From Mobula hypostoma (lineage: Eukaryota): a stretch of DNA of 64,000 bases. Below, piece after piece: positions 24,687 to 37,214 of this stretch. Made by a program: the position numbers and the translations under genes. The notes beneath the pieces were generated by a model, which did not search any database, was not told where the DNA came from, and worked only from the letters and a program-made list of their open reading frames with translations. Every line of letters begins with the position of its first letter. Positions within the stretch are counted from its first letter, which is position 1. Where the stretch lies: positions 72,726,001 to 72,790,000 of the forward strand of contig NC_086103.1 in the NCBI RefSeq assembly GCF_963921235.1. The letters run 5' to 3'.

Positions 24687-27600
24687 TTGATTTTTGTAGA
24701 TAATACAGTTTCCTTTGTTCAGCATAAAGTTGTTTCGGATCCTAATGGTTGATTTGTTATTGTAGACAGTATATTGATTGTTTTTGCTAATGTATATGCC
24801 CCCAACATAGACGATCCAGGATTATTTGAACATCTATTTTCGTTTTTACCAGATTTGTGTGCTTACCCTCTTGTGATGGGAGGAGACTTTAACTGCTGGT
24901 TAGATCCAGTATTAGATTGCACGTCTGTTATACCAGCCACACTTAATAAATCAGCTTTGTTTATCCAATCCTTTCTAACTAAATGTGGTATAGTTGATGC
25001 TTGGCGTTTTCTTCATCCGACGGACAGGGAGTATTCTTTTTTCTCTCAAGTCCATCATTCTTACTCCAGGATTGATTTTTTTTTATTGACAGTCAAATAA
25101 TTCCATTGGTTCGATCAATTGAATATAAAGAGATTGCTATGTCTGACTACTCTCCTGTACTTTTATCTTTAAATCTTCCTGGTCCTATCCCTATGAGTAG
25201 ATTTTGGCAATTTAATTTAACTCTGTTATCTGATGAGGACTTTTTAAAATTTATGGAGAATCAGATTACTCTTTTTTTTTGAAGAATATATGTTGGAAGA
25301 GACATCTAGTCTTATTATATGGGATACTTTTAAAGCATATGTCTGGGGTCAAATTATTTCTTATACATCATTAAAAAAGTTAACAAAGAGAGAAACAAAC
25401 TAGCCAATCAGGTAAAACAACTGGACCATAAAAATGCTTTGGTACCAGATTCTGAAACATATAAGAGACATATTGAAACTAAAACTAAATATGATCTTCT
25501 TTTAACATATCCAATTGAAAGCCAGCTGTTAAAAGATAGAAGTCAATTTTATATTCACGGAGATAGAACTGGTAAGCTACTGGCTAATCAATTGAAGCCA
25601 TTTATAGCCAAGCGGCAAATTAAAGAAATACGTAAGATTAATGGGGTTGTGACAACTAACTACTTTGAAATTAATGACACTTTGAAGGAATTTTATTCCA
25701 AATTGTATAGTTCTGACTCTGTTAATGATAATATTGCAATTATTAATTTTTTAGATCAATTAAATATTCCTAATCTTTCGATAGAAGATCATAGGCAATT
25801 GGATCAACCTATTTCCCAGGAGGAAATTGCTCAGGCTACTTGAGAATTGCATTCTGGGAAATCCCCAGGACCCGATGGATTCTCTAGAGATTTTATAAGG
25901 CTTTTTCCTCCTTGCTTATACCACACTTATGTTCTACCCTTACAGATTCCTTTAAGGTAGGAAGGTTACCACAGTCTTTTTACGAAGCTCCCATTTCACT
26001 TATTCTTAAAAAGAAGAAGAATCCTATTGAATGTTCTTCTTATAGACCTATCTCTTTTCTCAATTTTGATACTAAAATTTTATCTAAAGTGTTGGCTCGC
26101 AGACTTGAAAATATTATATCTCTATAGTTTCAGATGATCAGACAGGATTTATTAAAAATTGATATTCGCATTTTAATATACGGCATTTGTTAAATGTTAT
26201 GCATTCTCCATCTAAGGAAATATCGGAATGTGTAATATCTTTGGATGCGGAGAAGGCCTTTGACAGAGTTGAATGGAATTATCTTTTTGCATCTTTAGAA
26301 AGATTTGATTTTGGATGTAATTTTACTCATTGGATTAAATTACTTTATTTATTTCCCTTCGGTCGGGTTCTTACCAATCTTCAAAATTCTAAACCCTTTA
26401 AACTCCAATGTGGGATTAGACAAGGTTATCCTTTGAGCTCTCTGTTTTTTGATTTGGTATAGAACCCTTAGCAATTGCTTTTCGAGAGCCTAAGGAGATT
26501 ACTGGTATTTTAAGGAGAGGTACTATTCATAAAGTGTCGCTTTATGTTGATGACTTATTGCTTTTTGTATCTAATGTTACATCCTCTTTACCATCTGTGT
26601 TCCGTTTACTAATTTTAGTCAATTCTCAGGATATAAATTAAATTTACATACAAGTGAATTGTTTCCTTTAAACAATTTAATACCAACTGATACTAACCTT
26701 CCTTTTAAAATTTTAAGAAAACAACCTAGGTATTTAGGAGTAACAATTACTAAGAATTATAAAGATTTATTTAAGGAAATTTTTTTAGCTTTAATGAATT
26801 ACGTTAAAAAAAACTTTCTAATTGGTCACCTCTCTCTTTATCACTGATTGGCTGAATTAATTCGATTAAATTAAATATCTTACCTAAATTTATATACCTT
26901 TTTCAAGCTGTGCCTGTTTTTATTCCCAAATCTTTTTTTGACTCTTTGGATTCAATTCTTTCTTCCTATATATAGAAGAATAAAAAACCTGGAATAAATA
27001 AAGGTCACTTTCAAAAACCCAAACAGAATGGAGGCTTTGCCTTACCCAATTTTAGGTTATATTATTGGGCAGTTAATATATGAAATATTACGTTCCGGAT
27101 ATATTACATTAAACATGAGAATTGTCCTATATGGGTATCTTTGGAAGTCAACTCTGTAATGAAATTTTCCATTATTTCTTTACTTGGATCCTTGCTTCCT
27201 TTATCTTTAAATAAACTAACTGACAATGTGGTAGTCAAACATACTTTGAGGATTTGGTTACAGTTTAGAAAACATTTTGGTTTATTGAGATTCTCCCTTT
27301 CAAGTCGCATTTTTTCTAATTTTTTTTTAAACCATCTACAATTGACTTATCTTTTGAAGAATGGGATAGATTGGGTATTAAACAATTTCAGGATTTGTTT
27401 GATGGAGGGAATCTCTCTTCTTTTGTGCAACTTTCAACGAAATTTAACCCTTCCAATACCCACTTTTTTCGTTATTTACAGATTAGGGATTTTTTTTAAA
27501 TCTCAATTACTTACATTTCCTACAAGTCCAAATAAGAATACAATTGATGAAATTTTTAATCTGAAACCCTTTGACAATGGTTCAATATCTTACATTTACG

Positions 27601-28544
27601 GTCTGCTGTTGGGACTGAAAAAGGCTTCTTTAGGTAAAATTAAAGGAGACTGGGAAAAGGATTTACAGATTTTCATATCTGAAGAGAGCTAGAAGATTAT
27701 TTTAAAATTGATTAATTCTTCATCATTATGTGCTCGTCATTCTTTATTACAATTCAAAGAGGTACATAGAGTTCATATGTCTAAAGACAAGCTCTCTCGT
27801 TTCTATGCAGATATTTCCCCTTACTGTGATAGATGTACTAATGGAACGGCCACGCTAATTCATACATTTTGGACGTTTCCGAGCCTTGAAAAATTTTGGA
27901 AAGATGTATTTCAAACTTTTTCTGTACTTTTCAATGTTAGTTTTAAGCCCAATCCCCTGACGACCATGTTTGGTATCGTTGAGGATACTGCTACAATACT
28001 GAAGCCATCTAATTTGGGGGTATTGGCCTTTATGTCTCTTATGGCCAGGAGGGCGATCTTGCTCAAGTGGAAGGAGGCCGCCCCGCCCACTCATGTTCAA
28101 TGGCTATCTGATGTTATGTTATGCCTTGATCTAGAGAAGATTCATTGTTCGATTTATGATTCTAAACATGATTTTCTGATGTTATGGGGACCCTTTCTGA
28201 GTTATTTTCATAATATTTGAACTGTTATTAAAGTATGGATCTGAGCCATTATTATTATAATATTATATGGTAAGGTTTTTTTTTCTTCTCTTTTTTTTCA
28301 CTAACCAGCTCATTTTGGTAGTGGGGGTAGATTTTTTAAAATTAAAATAAAATTATTTTATTTTATTTCATTTCATAATTCAATCTTTTTTTCTACATGA
28401 TTGATTTGGAATATGGGATACTGTGATCATATTACTGTGATTTAAATGTAAAGTAATTCATATTACTTATTTGTATCCTTATGAATTTTGTATCTGTATT
28501 CATGCAATTTATATAATATTAATATTAATAAAAAATATTGAAAG

Positions 28545-29075
28545 AGGACCTCACCAACATCCTCCACTTCCAAACAAATGTTTCCCCCCTTTATTCCTGA
28601 GTGGTCCTACCCTCTCCCTAGTTATCCTCTTCCTCTTGATGTATGTATAGAATGCCTTGGAATTCTCTTTAATTCTACTTTCCAATGACTTTTTATGGCC
28701 CCTCCTGGCTTTCCTAATTCTCTTCTTGAGTTCTTTTCTGTCTTCTTTATAATCCTCAAGGGCTCTGTTTGATTCTAACTTCCTCAGCTTTACATACTTT
28801 TCCTTTTTCTTCTTGACCAAATTCATCACCTCACTCATCATGTAAAGTTCTCTTGCCTTGCCATCCTGGTTCTTTCTTCTGACTAGAACATACCTGCCCT
28901 ATACTTCATGGAATTGGTCTTTAAACACCCACCACATGTCAGGTGTGGACTTGGCCGAATACAGTTGTTCCCAATTAACTCTCCTTAGTTCCCGCCTAAT
29001 GAAATCGTAATTTGCCCAGCTCCAGTTTAAATCCCCCCTCCAAGGTTCATGATTATCCTTACCTATAGTGATATC
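28545..29075 (-). mobile_element. CR1 LINE, continuation of the host split by L1
   Basis: KKRIRKARRGHKKSLESRIKENSKAFYTYIKRKR, CR1 ORF2 linker. Confidence 0.85.
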
Positions 29076-29079
29076 ATTG

Positions 29080-29945
29080 GTTGTGAGAACATCTCAATGA
29101 TGGAGCAAGTGTGTGTAGTTATCCTCTTTTATTCAAGAGCCTGATAGTTCAGAGGTAGGAACTGTTCTTGAACCTGGTGGTGTGAGTCCTGAGGCTCTTC
29201 TACCTTATGGCAACAGCATGACCTGGTTGATAGGGATTTCTGATGATGGATTCTGCCTTCCTGCAACAATGATTCATGTAGATGTGCTCAATGGTTGGGA
29301 GGGCTTTACCCATGATGTACTGGGCTGAATCCATTACCTTTTGTAGGATTTTCTGTTCAAGGGCATTGATGTTTCCATATCAGGCCATGATGCAGCCAGT
29401 CAATAAACTCTCCACTACACATCTATAGAAGTTTGTCGGTTTCAGATATCCTGCTGAATCTCCACAGAGTCCTTAGGAAGTAGAGGCACTGCCATGCTTT
29501 CTTTGCAATTGCACTTACATGCTGGGTCCAGGACTGGTCCTCTGAAATAGTAACACCCAGGAATTTAACACTGTTAACTCTCTCCACCACTGATCCTCTG
29601 AGGATGACTGGCTCATGGACATTTTGTTCCCTCTCCTAAGTCTACAATCAATCCCTTGGTCTTGCTGCCATTGAATGAGATGTTGCTATTATGACATCAC
29701 TCACCTTTGATTTGGCCCACAACAGTGGTGTCATCAGCAAACTTGAATATGCATTGGAGCATTGGAGCTGTGCTTAGCCACACAGTCATAAGTGTAAAGC
29801 ACGTACAGCAGGGGGCTAAGCACATGGCCCTGTGGTGCACTTGAGTTGAAAGAGATCATGGAGGAGATGTTGACTACCAAAATGACTGGAGTCTACAAGT
29901 AAGGAAATCAAGAGTCCAATTGCACAAGGAGGTGCTGGTTTGCAC
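29080..29945 (-). mobile_element. Rex1/L2-type LINE 3' fragment
   Basis: Degenerate FADDTTVVG motif (TGTCATCAGCAAAC) and C-terminal homology to 21600-22300. Confidence 0.7.
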
Positions 29946-29994
29946 AGGTCTTTAATACATGGTCTGGTCCAGGTGCTTTGCAGGGATTCATCTT

Positions 29995-30545
29995 CCTTTT
30001 TAAATCTTTTTATTGATTATTATTGAAAATCAACAACAGAGAAAAATACATCAAAATAATCAAGATAACATATCCATATGTAGAGTAAAAGTTAAACTAT
30101 CAACCAGGCTAAACAGTATATCAATAATAATCAAAAAGAAGTATTAAAGCTTTTTTTTAATGGAAAGAGGGAAAGGAGGGAAAAAAAGAACCCCAACTAA
30201 CTAAAACAGGGAAAAACCCCTAATAACTAAAAAAAAAAGGGGGAAAAAACCATTTGGAGCACAAGCCCGGAGCTATGCGCCATACAAGCTTCCATAAAAA
30301 AAGACATCAAACCGCCAACCAAACCCATAAACCAAGCATCAGAAAAGGACCATCTTAATTAACTCAAGTCAAATCGTAATAACGGGCAAAAGAACCCCAC
30401 CTTTTCTCAAAGTCAAATTTAGGATCAAAAGTTCGACTTCTAATTTTTTCCAAACTAAGACATAACATCACCTGAGACAACCATTGTATCAAAGTGGGAG
30501 CAGAGGCATCTTTCCATTTTAATAAAATAGCCCTTCCAGGCAATA
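29995..30545 (-). mobile_element. 5'-truncated L1 (3' end)
   Basis: RAILLKWKDASAPTLIQWLSQVMLCLSLEKIR, homologous to 28030-28150; AATAAA plus A-tail at ~29995-30020. Confidence 0.85.
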
Positions 30546-31269
30546 ATGTGACAAACGGGGATTGATCTTCCTGAAGGCAGCCTGCATGTCAGCTTCAGAT
30601 ACTGAGGTCACAGGAATATCAGGGGATGTGGGGTTTGCGTTGGTTTCTCCATGTTCTGACAGTTACGGCAAGCATAGAAGGCATTGAGCTCATCTGCAAG
30701 TGAAGCCCTGCTGTCTCCACTGTTGCTTGATCCAGTTTAATACTCTCCAAAGCCCATGCTTATCCTTAACTATATCTGTCTTAAAACTTACTCCTCCCAG
30801 GCTTTACTATAGCTAACAGAAAAAAAACTGGACAGCCACAAATAGACTCTGAAGTCAACATGCCAAAACAGTGCAAACACTACTCTGATGGGGCACCCGA
30901 CAAACTCCAACTTGCCCCTGTGGTGCCCCAACCTGGTCCAAACATGCCCTCTCACCAAGATCCGAGATGGCTTTGTGTCTACAAACTGGAGCAGCGGTTT
31001 GACAAGAACTAATTAGAAGTGTGAAGAGAAAAAGACCTGTCATACAAAATAACAACAACAAGGGGGCGGAAGAGCACTGTTCATTCGATCAAAGCAATGT
31101 AATCTCTCCAAGCAAGTGTTTCCCATGTTTACAGAGGAATCCCGAGCACACAGTGAAATTGAGGGTGACCTTCAGAGCTCAAGACTGAACCTGTGTCACA
31201 GAGCTGTGGGACTGTACACTGCTGTTTCACCATTGATGAGACAGAAAGATGGAATATTGAGCTGCTTGC

Positions 31270-31615
31270 TGTCCAAAACCAGGATATTCAAGTTCATTTT
31301 CAAATCATTAAGCAGTCCAGGAATCTCCACACCACAGCAATGCCAGTCATTATATTCTCTTTGTAGATGATTTATAGTGAGCGACACAACTCCTTTCACA
31401 ATTCTACCAGCAAGACGATATCTCTGGGATGTTACAGAAGTTACTGCATCTTCATTTGTCTAACCAGTTAACCTCTACAGTCCATAGCAGGACATTGTCC
31501 TCGGCCCCAGCACATCTCACTTTTAACATAGATGCTGACAGAGTAGTGGCACAGGAGTGTGATCGACTATTCCATAACTCCTTGCACTACTGATCCAGTG
31601 ATGGGGTGACTCAAT
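31270..31615 (-). pseudogene. TIM/HAVCR-family IgV exon, pseudogenised paralogue of 62643-62990
   Basis: SITLLCHYSV..MCWGRGQCPAMDC..VTSVTSQRYRLAGRI..VSLTINHLQRE..WHCCGVEIPGLLNDL. Three in-frame stops, two 1-nt deletions (346 versus 348 nt), donor GT changed to GC. Intron homology extends to ~31920. Confidence 0.93.
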
Positions 31616-32079
31616 CTGTAACAATCCAGAGAAAGGAAGTTACAGGTAGCACTGACTGGGTGTTAAGAGAGGGAGCATCTGCAGTTTGAAATCCTGTCCT
31701 GACACTGAGAAAGTGATCGAGTTACCAGCTGGGCAGCATCTGAGGAATACTACAGAAAATTTCTATGTATTCACCAGGATGTTGGCTGTTTACACCTCCA
31801 CCCCGCCCCCCCCCCCCCCCAGAATTGTCCTCAGGAGTAGGTGGCAATCGGCCTTCTTCAGTCCCTGCCTTTCTGTAGCAGTTTTGACACAATCGAATGC
31901 CTTGTGATGCTATTTCAGTGCTAATTTGTCCTCCAACTCCACTGACCCTGACAATTCACCTCTTATTGCTGTGTTCTGTGTTTCGTGGAAATGTGGCTTG
32001 CTCTGCCCACACTGATTCAGCAATCAGAACTAAGGGCTTCTCGATACACAGGATGGACCGGAGGAGGGGGGGAACGGCA

Positions 32080-32699
32080 ATGGACCAAGTGCTCCAAGTT
32101 ACCTCCAGAACACAATGTTACCACGATGATGTCATCAAGACCGGCAAAAATGATGAAGAGCACCTCCAGAATCTTGGTAAAGTGCTTACCAGGCTGAGTG
32201 AGTATGGATCTGCATGCAAAGAGAGAGAAATGTGAGTTTTTAAAGAATAAAGTCTCATATTGCGGACATGTCATTGACAAGCATGGCTTAGAGAAGTCAC
32301 AAAAAAAAATTAAAGCAGCCAAACTAGAAAATGTGTTACAATTCAGGTCATACCTGGGCCTTGTAAACTACTGCCACTAGTTTTGCCCAAACATTGCTGC
32401 AGTGCTGCACCCATTGAATGCACTGTTGCAGACAGGAGCAAAATGGGAATAGTCAAAAAAAATGTGAAAGAGCATTCAAGGAAACAAAGGAACTAACAAC
32501 ATCAGATGAACTGCTCACCCATTATGACCAATCTCTGACCATCAAACTGGCATGTAATGCATCCCCTTATAGCATTAGAGCCGTTTTGTCATGCATTACG
32601 AAAGATGGAGCTGATCGTTCAATTGCATTTGCTTCAAGATCACTGATGAGCACAGAACACAACTATGCACTGATCGACCAAGAGGCCTTAGTCTAGTAT
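32080..32699 (+). mobile_element. Ty3/Gypsy pol fragment (RT and RNase H)
   Basis: YHDDVIKTG..EEHLQNL..KCEF..V.YCGHVI; RSYLGLVNY; LTHYD..LACNASPY..IAFASRSL..NYA.ID.EAL. Confidence 0.9.
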
Positions 32700-33120
32700 T
32701 GTCACAAGGGGATGGCTGGAAACAGACCCAAGTGCAAGACACAGACACTCAAATTCAAAAAACAGGACTTGACTAGAGTAGAGACGTGACAGGATTCAGG
32801 CAAGGAGCAGGGACAAGAACCCAGTCTTGGGCTAGGGAAAGCGGGACCAGGTCTAGGAACCATGGACTAGGAGACAAAGCTTGGACTCTGAGCCCGAGAC
32901 TGGACAAGGACCCAGAACCTGGGTCTTGAACTTGGCAAGGACATGACATGGCTTCAGGACAGGACATGGCTGGGGTCTAGAGGCCTGAGCTTGGAGACAG
33001 GCTGCGGGCTCATAGAGGCTGGGGTTCTTGCATCTTGAGCTTGGCTGCGGGCTCGTCGAGTCTGGGGTTCTTGCGTCTTGAGCTTGGCAGTGGGATCGTC
33101 GAGGCTGGGGTTCTTGCCCA
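32700..33120 (-). mobile_element. 3' portion of a sushi-like LTR related to the 15483 family
   Basis: TGTCAC terminus; reverse complement of the LTR U5 end (TGTGTCTTGCACTTGGGTC). Confidence 0.8.
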
Positions 33121-34550
33121 GTGAGGGCCTGCCTTCACAACACCATTTGACACAGACACAGCCATCTCAGGATACTTTTCCTGCTCACACTTGCCATATC
33201 TGACCTGTGTTTATCATACCATCTACTCCAGCAATCTTGGTTAGGTGGGGAAATCACTAATCAAGACCTTCCAGTTAAACAGATGGTATGTAGGGAAATA
33301 CCAGTCCTTAACGCACTTACCCCACTGGGGCTATTAAGGCCAAAGTCCCTTAAGGCTGTTACCATACTATGGGTTGAGTTTGGCTGGAATAGACTACTCC
33401 CTCCCAGCTCCCCCCAGACCCCCAGAATAGAATGTCAAAACCTGAGAAGCTAGATGATTTCACCCGACAGTCTTTTTCCTCATCATCGCAGTGTAGTAAG
33501 GAGTCCTCATACAGATCCAGCAAGCTGGCACATTGGTCCAGTGTGTAATTTCCACACTATTCTCAGGAATGTATCACAGGGTCTCCTACCACAAGTTAGC
33601 GTTCACTACTTTGTCATTCTGTAATGCAAGGAGATACAAACACACTCGCTCCTGATTAGTCATTGGATATTTAGGCACAAAAAACACAAAACAACAACTT
33701 TTAGAATTGTTCCCCAAATGCTTGTTTCCCCCTGGAATGTAAACATCTCATATCCAGAATAAAGATGCTCAAATTTCTACCTCATTAACCCAAATTCCAC
33801 ATGGCCAGTATGAACTGTGGGGTTATTGCCAAAGCCAATTGCATGGGAAATGAATAAGCAACAAACTAAAAACACAGACAAGACAAACAAAAATACAGAT
33901 TTGTACTTAATTTCCTTAAGAAACTTGGCATGGAACTGCAAAACTTAAAACAAAACGTTAATTCCCATGGGGGGGGGGAACACACTTATCGGAGAACAAG
34001 CGGAAAGAAAAGTCTGGACAGAGCCCAACACATTCAGTCTCTAAAGGCAAAGCCTTCACTCATCTCTCCACAATCAAACCATTCACACTCTACTTACATG
34101 GAAGAGGGATGCAAGCCAAATGCCCCCCCCCCCCAATGCCTTCAGCCATGGATGTCAGCCATAGCCCTTTGCAATGCCTCTAGCTCAGCATATAGGGAAT
34201 GTTGAATGAAATGTGAGGAATCCAGCAGAGGACAAAAGGAGCCCTTATCAGGAGAGGGCTTGAAGAATGGCCCTTCCAAATTAATGGCCTCCTTTCCTCA
34301 CTTTCATTGGCTGGACTCCCTCAAAGTTGCTTAGCGTATGGGAGAAGGAACCCATTTACCTGTTCCTTTGGGATCCCAGCTTTTAGCAACGCCAGAAGCA
34401 TTTCCTTATGAGTCAGGAGGGACCCTCCACTCACGGTCTGCTTATCCAACTTCCATACCTGGTTATGCACATCCTTTTCTGCATACCTCAAACCCTGCCA
34501 CAATTACATCGCTGTACTTAGAGGACAACCATAATCTGGTCCTATTAAAG

Positions 34551-34690
34551 ACAGTCAGCTCTGATGAAGGGTTTTTGGTCTGAAACATTGAATGTTCACT
34601 CTTTTCCACAGGTGCTGCCTGGCGTGCTCAGCTCCTCCAGCTTTTTACGTGTTGCAATGGATTTCCAGCATCTGCAGATTTTCTCATGTT
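34551..34690 (+). mobile_element. Penelope-like terminal fragment with degenerate hammerhead core, inserted in the ERV gag
   Basis: CTGATGA (34561-34567)..GAAA (34582-34585), followed by GCTGCCTGG..CTCCAGC..GATTTCCAGCATCTGCAG. Confidence 0.7.
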
Positions 34691-35929
34691 TCTGATATTA
34701 CCCCTTTTAAATGGGAAGCCAGAGCCATAACCAGGTGCCCTATCATGGCAGAGGTTCATTCAACCTCCTCTGGCAGGTTATCACTACCATTGTATAGTTC
34801 TGTAATAAGAGCCCTCTGGCAAAGGGCTTTAGTGCCTCTCTCTACTGTGCTCCATTCTGCCCAGGGTTTTAAATCCCTTTCAAAGAGAGAAGGATATGTG
34901 AATCTGACCAATGCTGCTACTTGATGCTACAATGACACATTATGCTCAGTGGAAGCAAGCAGTGTTCTCAGTGTGTTATTGATCACGTGTTGGGACACTA
35001 AGCTCTCCATTAGATAGGCTCTCTCTGGTACCTCCCTCATCCCATATCTTCAACAACCATGTGGCCAAAGACTCTTCAGGCTTCTCTAAACTCGCCAGTT
35101 CTTTAGCAGAGAACTCCCTGGTCTCTGTTGTCTCGAAGGGAGCAGTTAACACGTTGCTGACTCTTCTTCTCTTCCTCTACCTCCTGGGAGAAAGAAGCCG
35201 TGAGCCAATGCTACCCATGGCAGGTATAGGACTGCATGATCACTGGCCTCGCTCGTACTGTTTTGGGAACACAAGCAATAATTTAGAGAGTGAATCCTAG
35301 GAGACTACTCCACCCTCTCTTCTTCATTTTCTCCATCCAGCCAGACATCCCCATCTCCCATCCATGCAGTAGGATCATTGCCCCACCACCACATCAAAGC
35401 TCAAACCTTAACAGGATCGATTTGCCAATTAGCCCACCAGGCAGCCCCTAATTGCTCTACCTTCATTAGCCGACAATCTCTGTATTCTTATCTTCTGATT
35501 TGCAGACCAGCTCTTGGCCATCAGCAGTCCTTCTCTCATAATGATACAGCACTAATTTAGCTCTTCAGCCTCATTTTTAAGACCCTAGGTCATGTTGTGC
35601 AGGTGCTTTATGATGGCTGTAAACAGCCAGAGAGCATCCCACCAGCTATCCTTTCTCCTAGGACATCCTAGTGTTTTAAGTTGTGGATACAATATGTTAT
35701 CCAGTTTTAACGCCGTGAAAATCTAGGTGGTCTGACCAATCTATTATCATCCTGTAACCCATTGGTAGGTTTGTGAGACTTCCATAGCCTCACTGTTATC
35801 CGTCCACCCAGGGACTCGACATTGCTCATACCGGGCGGGTGGGGGCGGGGCGGTCCTCTCGCTTAAATGACCTTCTAAAGAAATGCATTTTCTGCTCAAA
35901 TCAGCAAATCATGCCAAAGCAGCTCCGAA

Positions 35930-36387
35930 TGTAATGTGGAAGCAGGTTCATGGGTTTGGTGAGCGAGACAGAAGACAGTGACTGAAAATAAGCACATTAA
36001 TCTTTATTCACAAACAGCAAAAGATTCTACCAAACATCTATGTCCCTCAGAGTTACGCAAACTACAAAACTAAATATTCAACAAACAGATACTGAACTAA
36101 GACTGTGCGTGGAGCATACCTTCCCAATCATTCCATGAGCCATGCCCTGGGGACAAAGGAAAGAAAACAGAGCAAACCTCCCACACTTGCTATTTGATAC
36201 CCCCTGAGGTGCCCGGAACCAGAAATAGGTGCCATGGTGCGCAAGACAACCAATGGGAAAGAGCGGCTACAAACATTAAATGGACCAATCACTGACCAAC
36301 GCAGTAAAAACAGCTTTCGACTGGCAAATAAGCCACACCCCCACGTGACACAGGCTTGAGCTGGTACTTGCCCCTCATAAAATTACA
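35930..36387 (-). promoter_or_regulatory. LTR of the ERV-like element
   Basis: TGTAAT...ATTACA inverted termini; in minus-strand order two CCAAT boxes (~36250, ~36285), TATA-like TATCAAATAG (~36190) and AATAAA (36003-36008). Confidence 0.75.
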
Positions 36388-36579
36388 TCCTCTGCTGACA
36401 CAAAAAAAAATGATCATTGCAGTCAGAGCTGGCCGGTGTGAAGATAACAATGAGCTGGCAGCAGGAATTTTATGCATGACCTTTATTGGGTTGGCCTAGG
36501 TTGAGTAAATTATGCAGATTTCATTTTTCTGTGTCACCCACAAGATAACTATTTGCATTTTCTTTGAGGATTTTCATAC

Positions 36580-36631
36580 CTGCACAGACAAAAACCTGAA
36601 CTCCAGTGATTAACAAGGGGATGAATGTCAT
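36580..36631 (-). other. Candidate signal-peptide exon (MTFIPLLITGVQVFVCA-G) of the minus-strand TIM pseudogene
   Basis: 52 nt, phase-1 donor GCAG|GTATGA, hydrophobic, same length and phase as the intact gene's leader exon. No clear nucleotide homology to it. Confidence 0.4.
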
Positions 36632-37214
36632 TGAACCTGTCAGTTACATGGAATTTACTAGGTGATAGTCCTATGAGACAACCTCAGAAAAATAGGGTTT
36701 TTTCAGTAGCTGGTTGCTAAGGCATCCAGTTGCACTCTCTGCACAAAATTGCTGTTTCGAGTTGTGATGGTCTGCAGTTGTTAGGACAGTGAGACAGTGA
36801 CCTAGTTAGTCTATTTGCCCAGGTGTAGCGACAGCTGCTACTTTAACCTAAGAGTCTCTGTGGAAGGAAGGGGAAGTGGACTATTTAATTGATATGTGGG
36901 ACTGATCAACAGGTATAGTGATGATAACTGTTTATATGTAACCTGGTGTATGGTCTTGTTGAAGTGATTTATCCATTTTGGCAATTAAACTTTGAAATAA
37001 AATTGTTCTTAATTAGCTTAGTTGGCTACAAATTTTCAGCTTTGAAGTACAAGCACTATCAGATTGCAAAGAGGGGTGCCATCAGGAAAAGCTTACAGGA
37101 GTTTCACAATACCAGGTTCAGGAACAGATATTACCCCACAATTATCAGGCTCTTGGACCAGAGGTGACAACTCCACTCAACTTCACTTGCCCCATCACTG
37201 AACTGTTCCCACTA

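Larger units (their letters stand above)
19729..28544 (+). mobile_element. Apparently full-length degraded L1-clade LINE
   Basis: ORF1 19892-20639; ORF2 from ~21120 (SLNVKGLNHP..IFLQETH APE; KSPGPDG; LDAEKAFDRVEW; G.RQG.PLS; SLYVDD; C-terminal C..C..H.FW.P); AATAAA at ~28527; 9-bp TSD AGGACCTCA (19720-19728 and 28545-28553). Confidence 0.92.
33121..36387 (-). mobile_element. Endogenous retrovirus-like remnant: 5' LTR, class III (ERV-L-like) gag, env-like remnant, no recognisable pol
   Basis: LTR 35930-36387. gag motifs REFSAKELASLEKPEESLATWLLKIWDEGG (35030-35119), WSTVERGTKALCQRALITELY..PEEV (~34770-34865) and LTHKEMLLALLKAGIPKEQVNG. env-like TNVPACWICMRTP (CWIC at 33511-33522). Confidence 0.65.

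Noticed and set aside
31800-31820. Poly-C and poly-G runs (also 33970, 34130, 37270, 45990)
   Set aside because: Simple homopolymers with no associated structure; lengths may be sequencing-error prone.
35900-35929. PBS for the ERV-like element
   Set aside because: Sequence after the LTR (TTCGGAGCTGCTTTGGCATG) matches no tRNA 3' end I can recognise.
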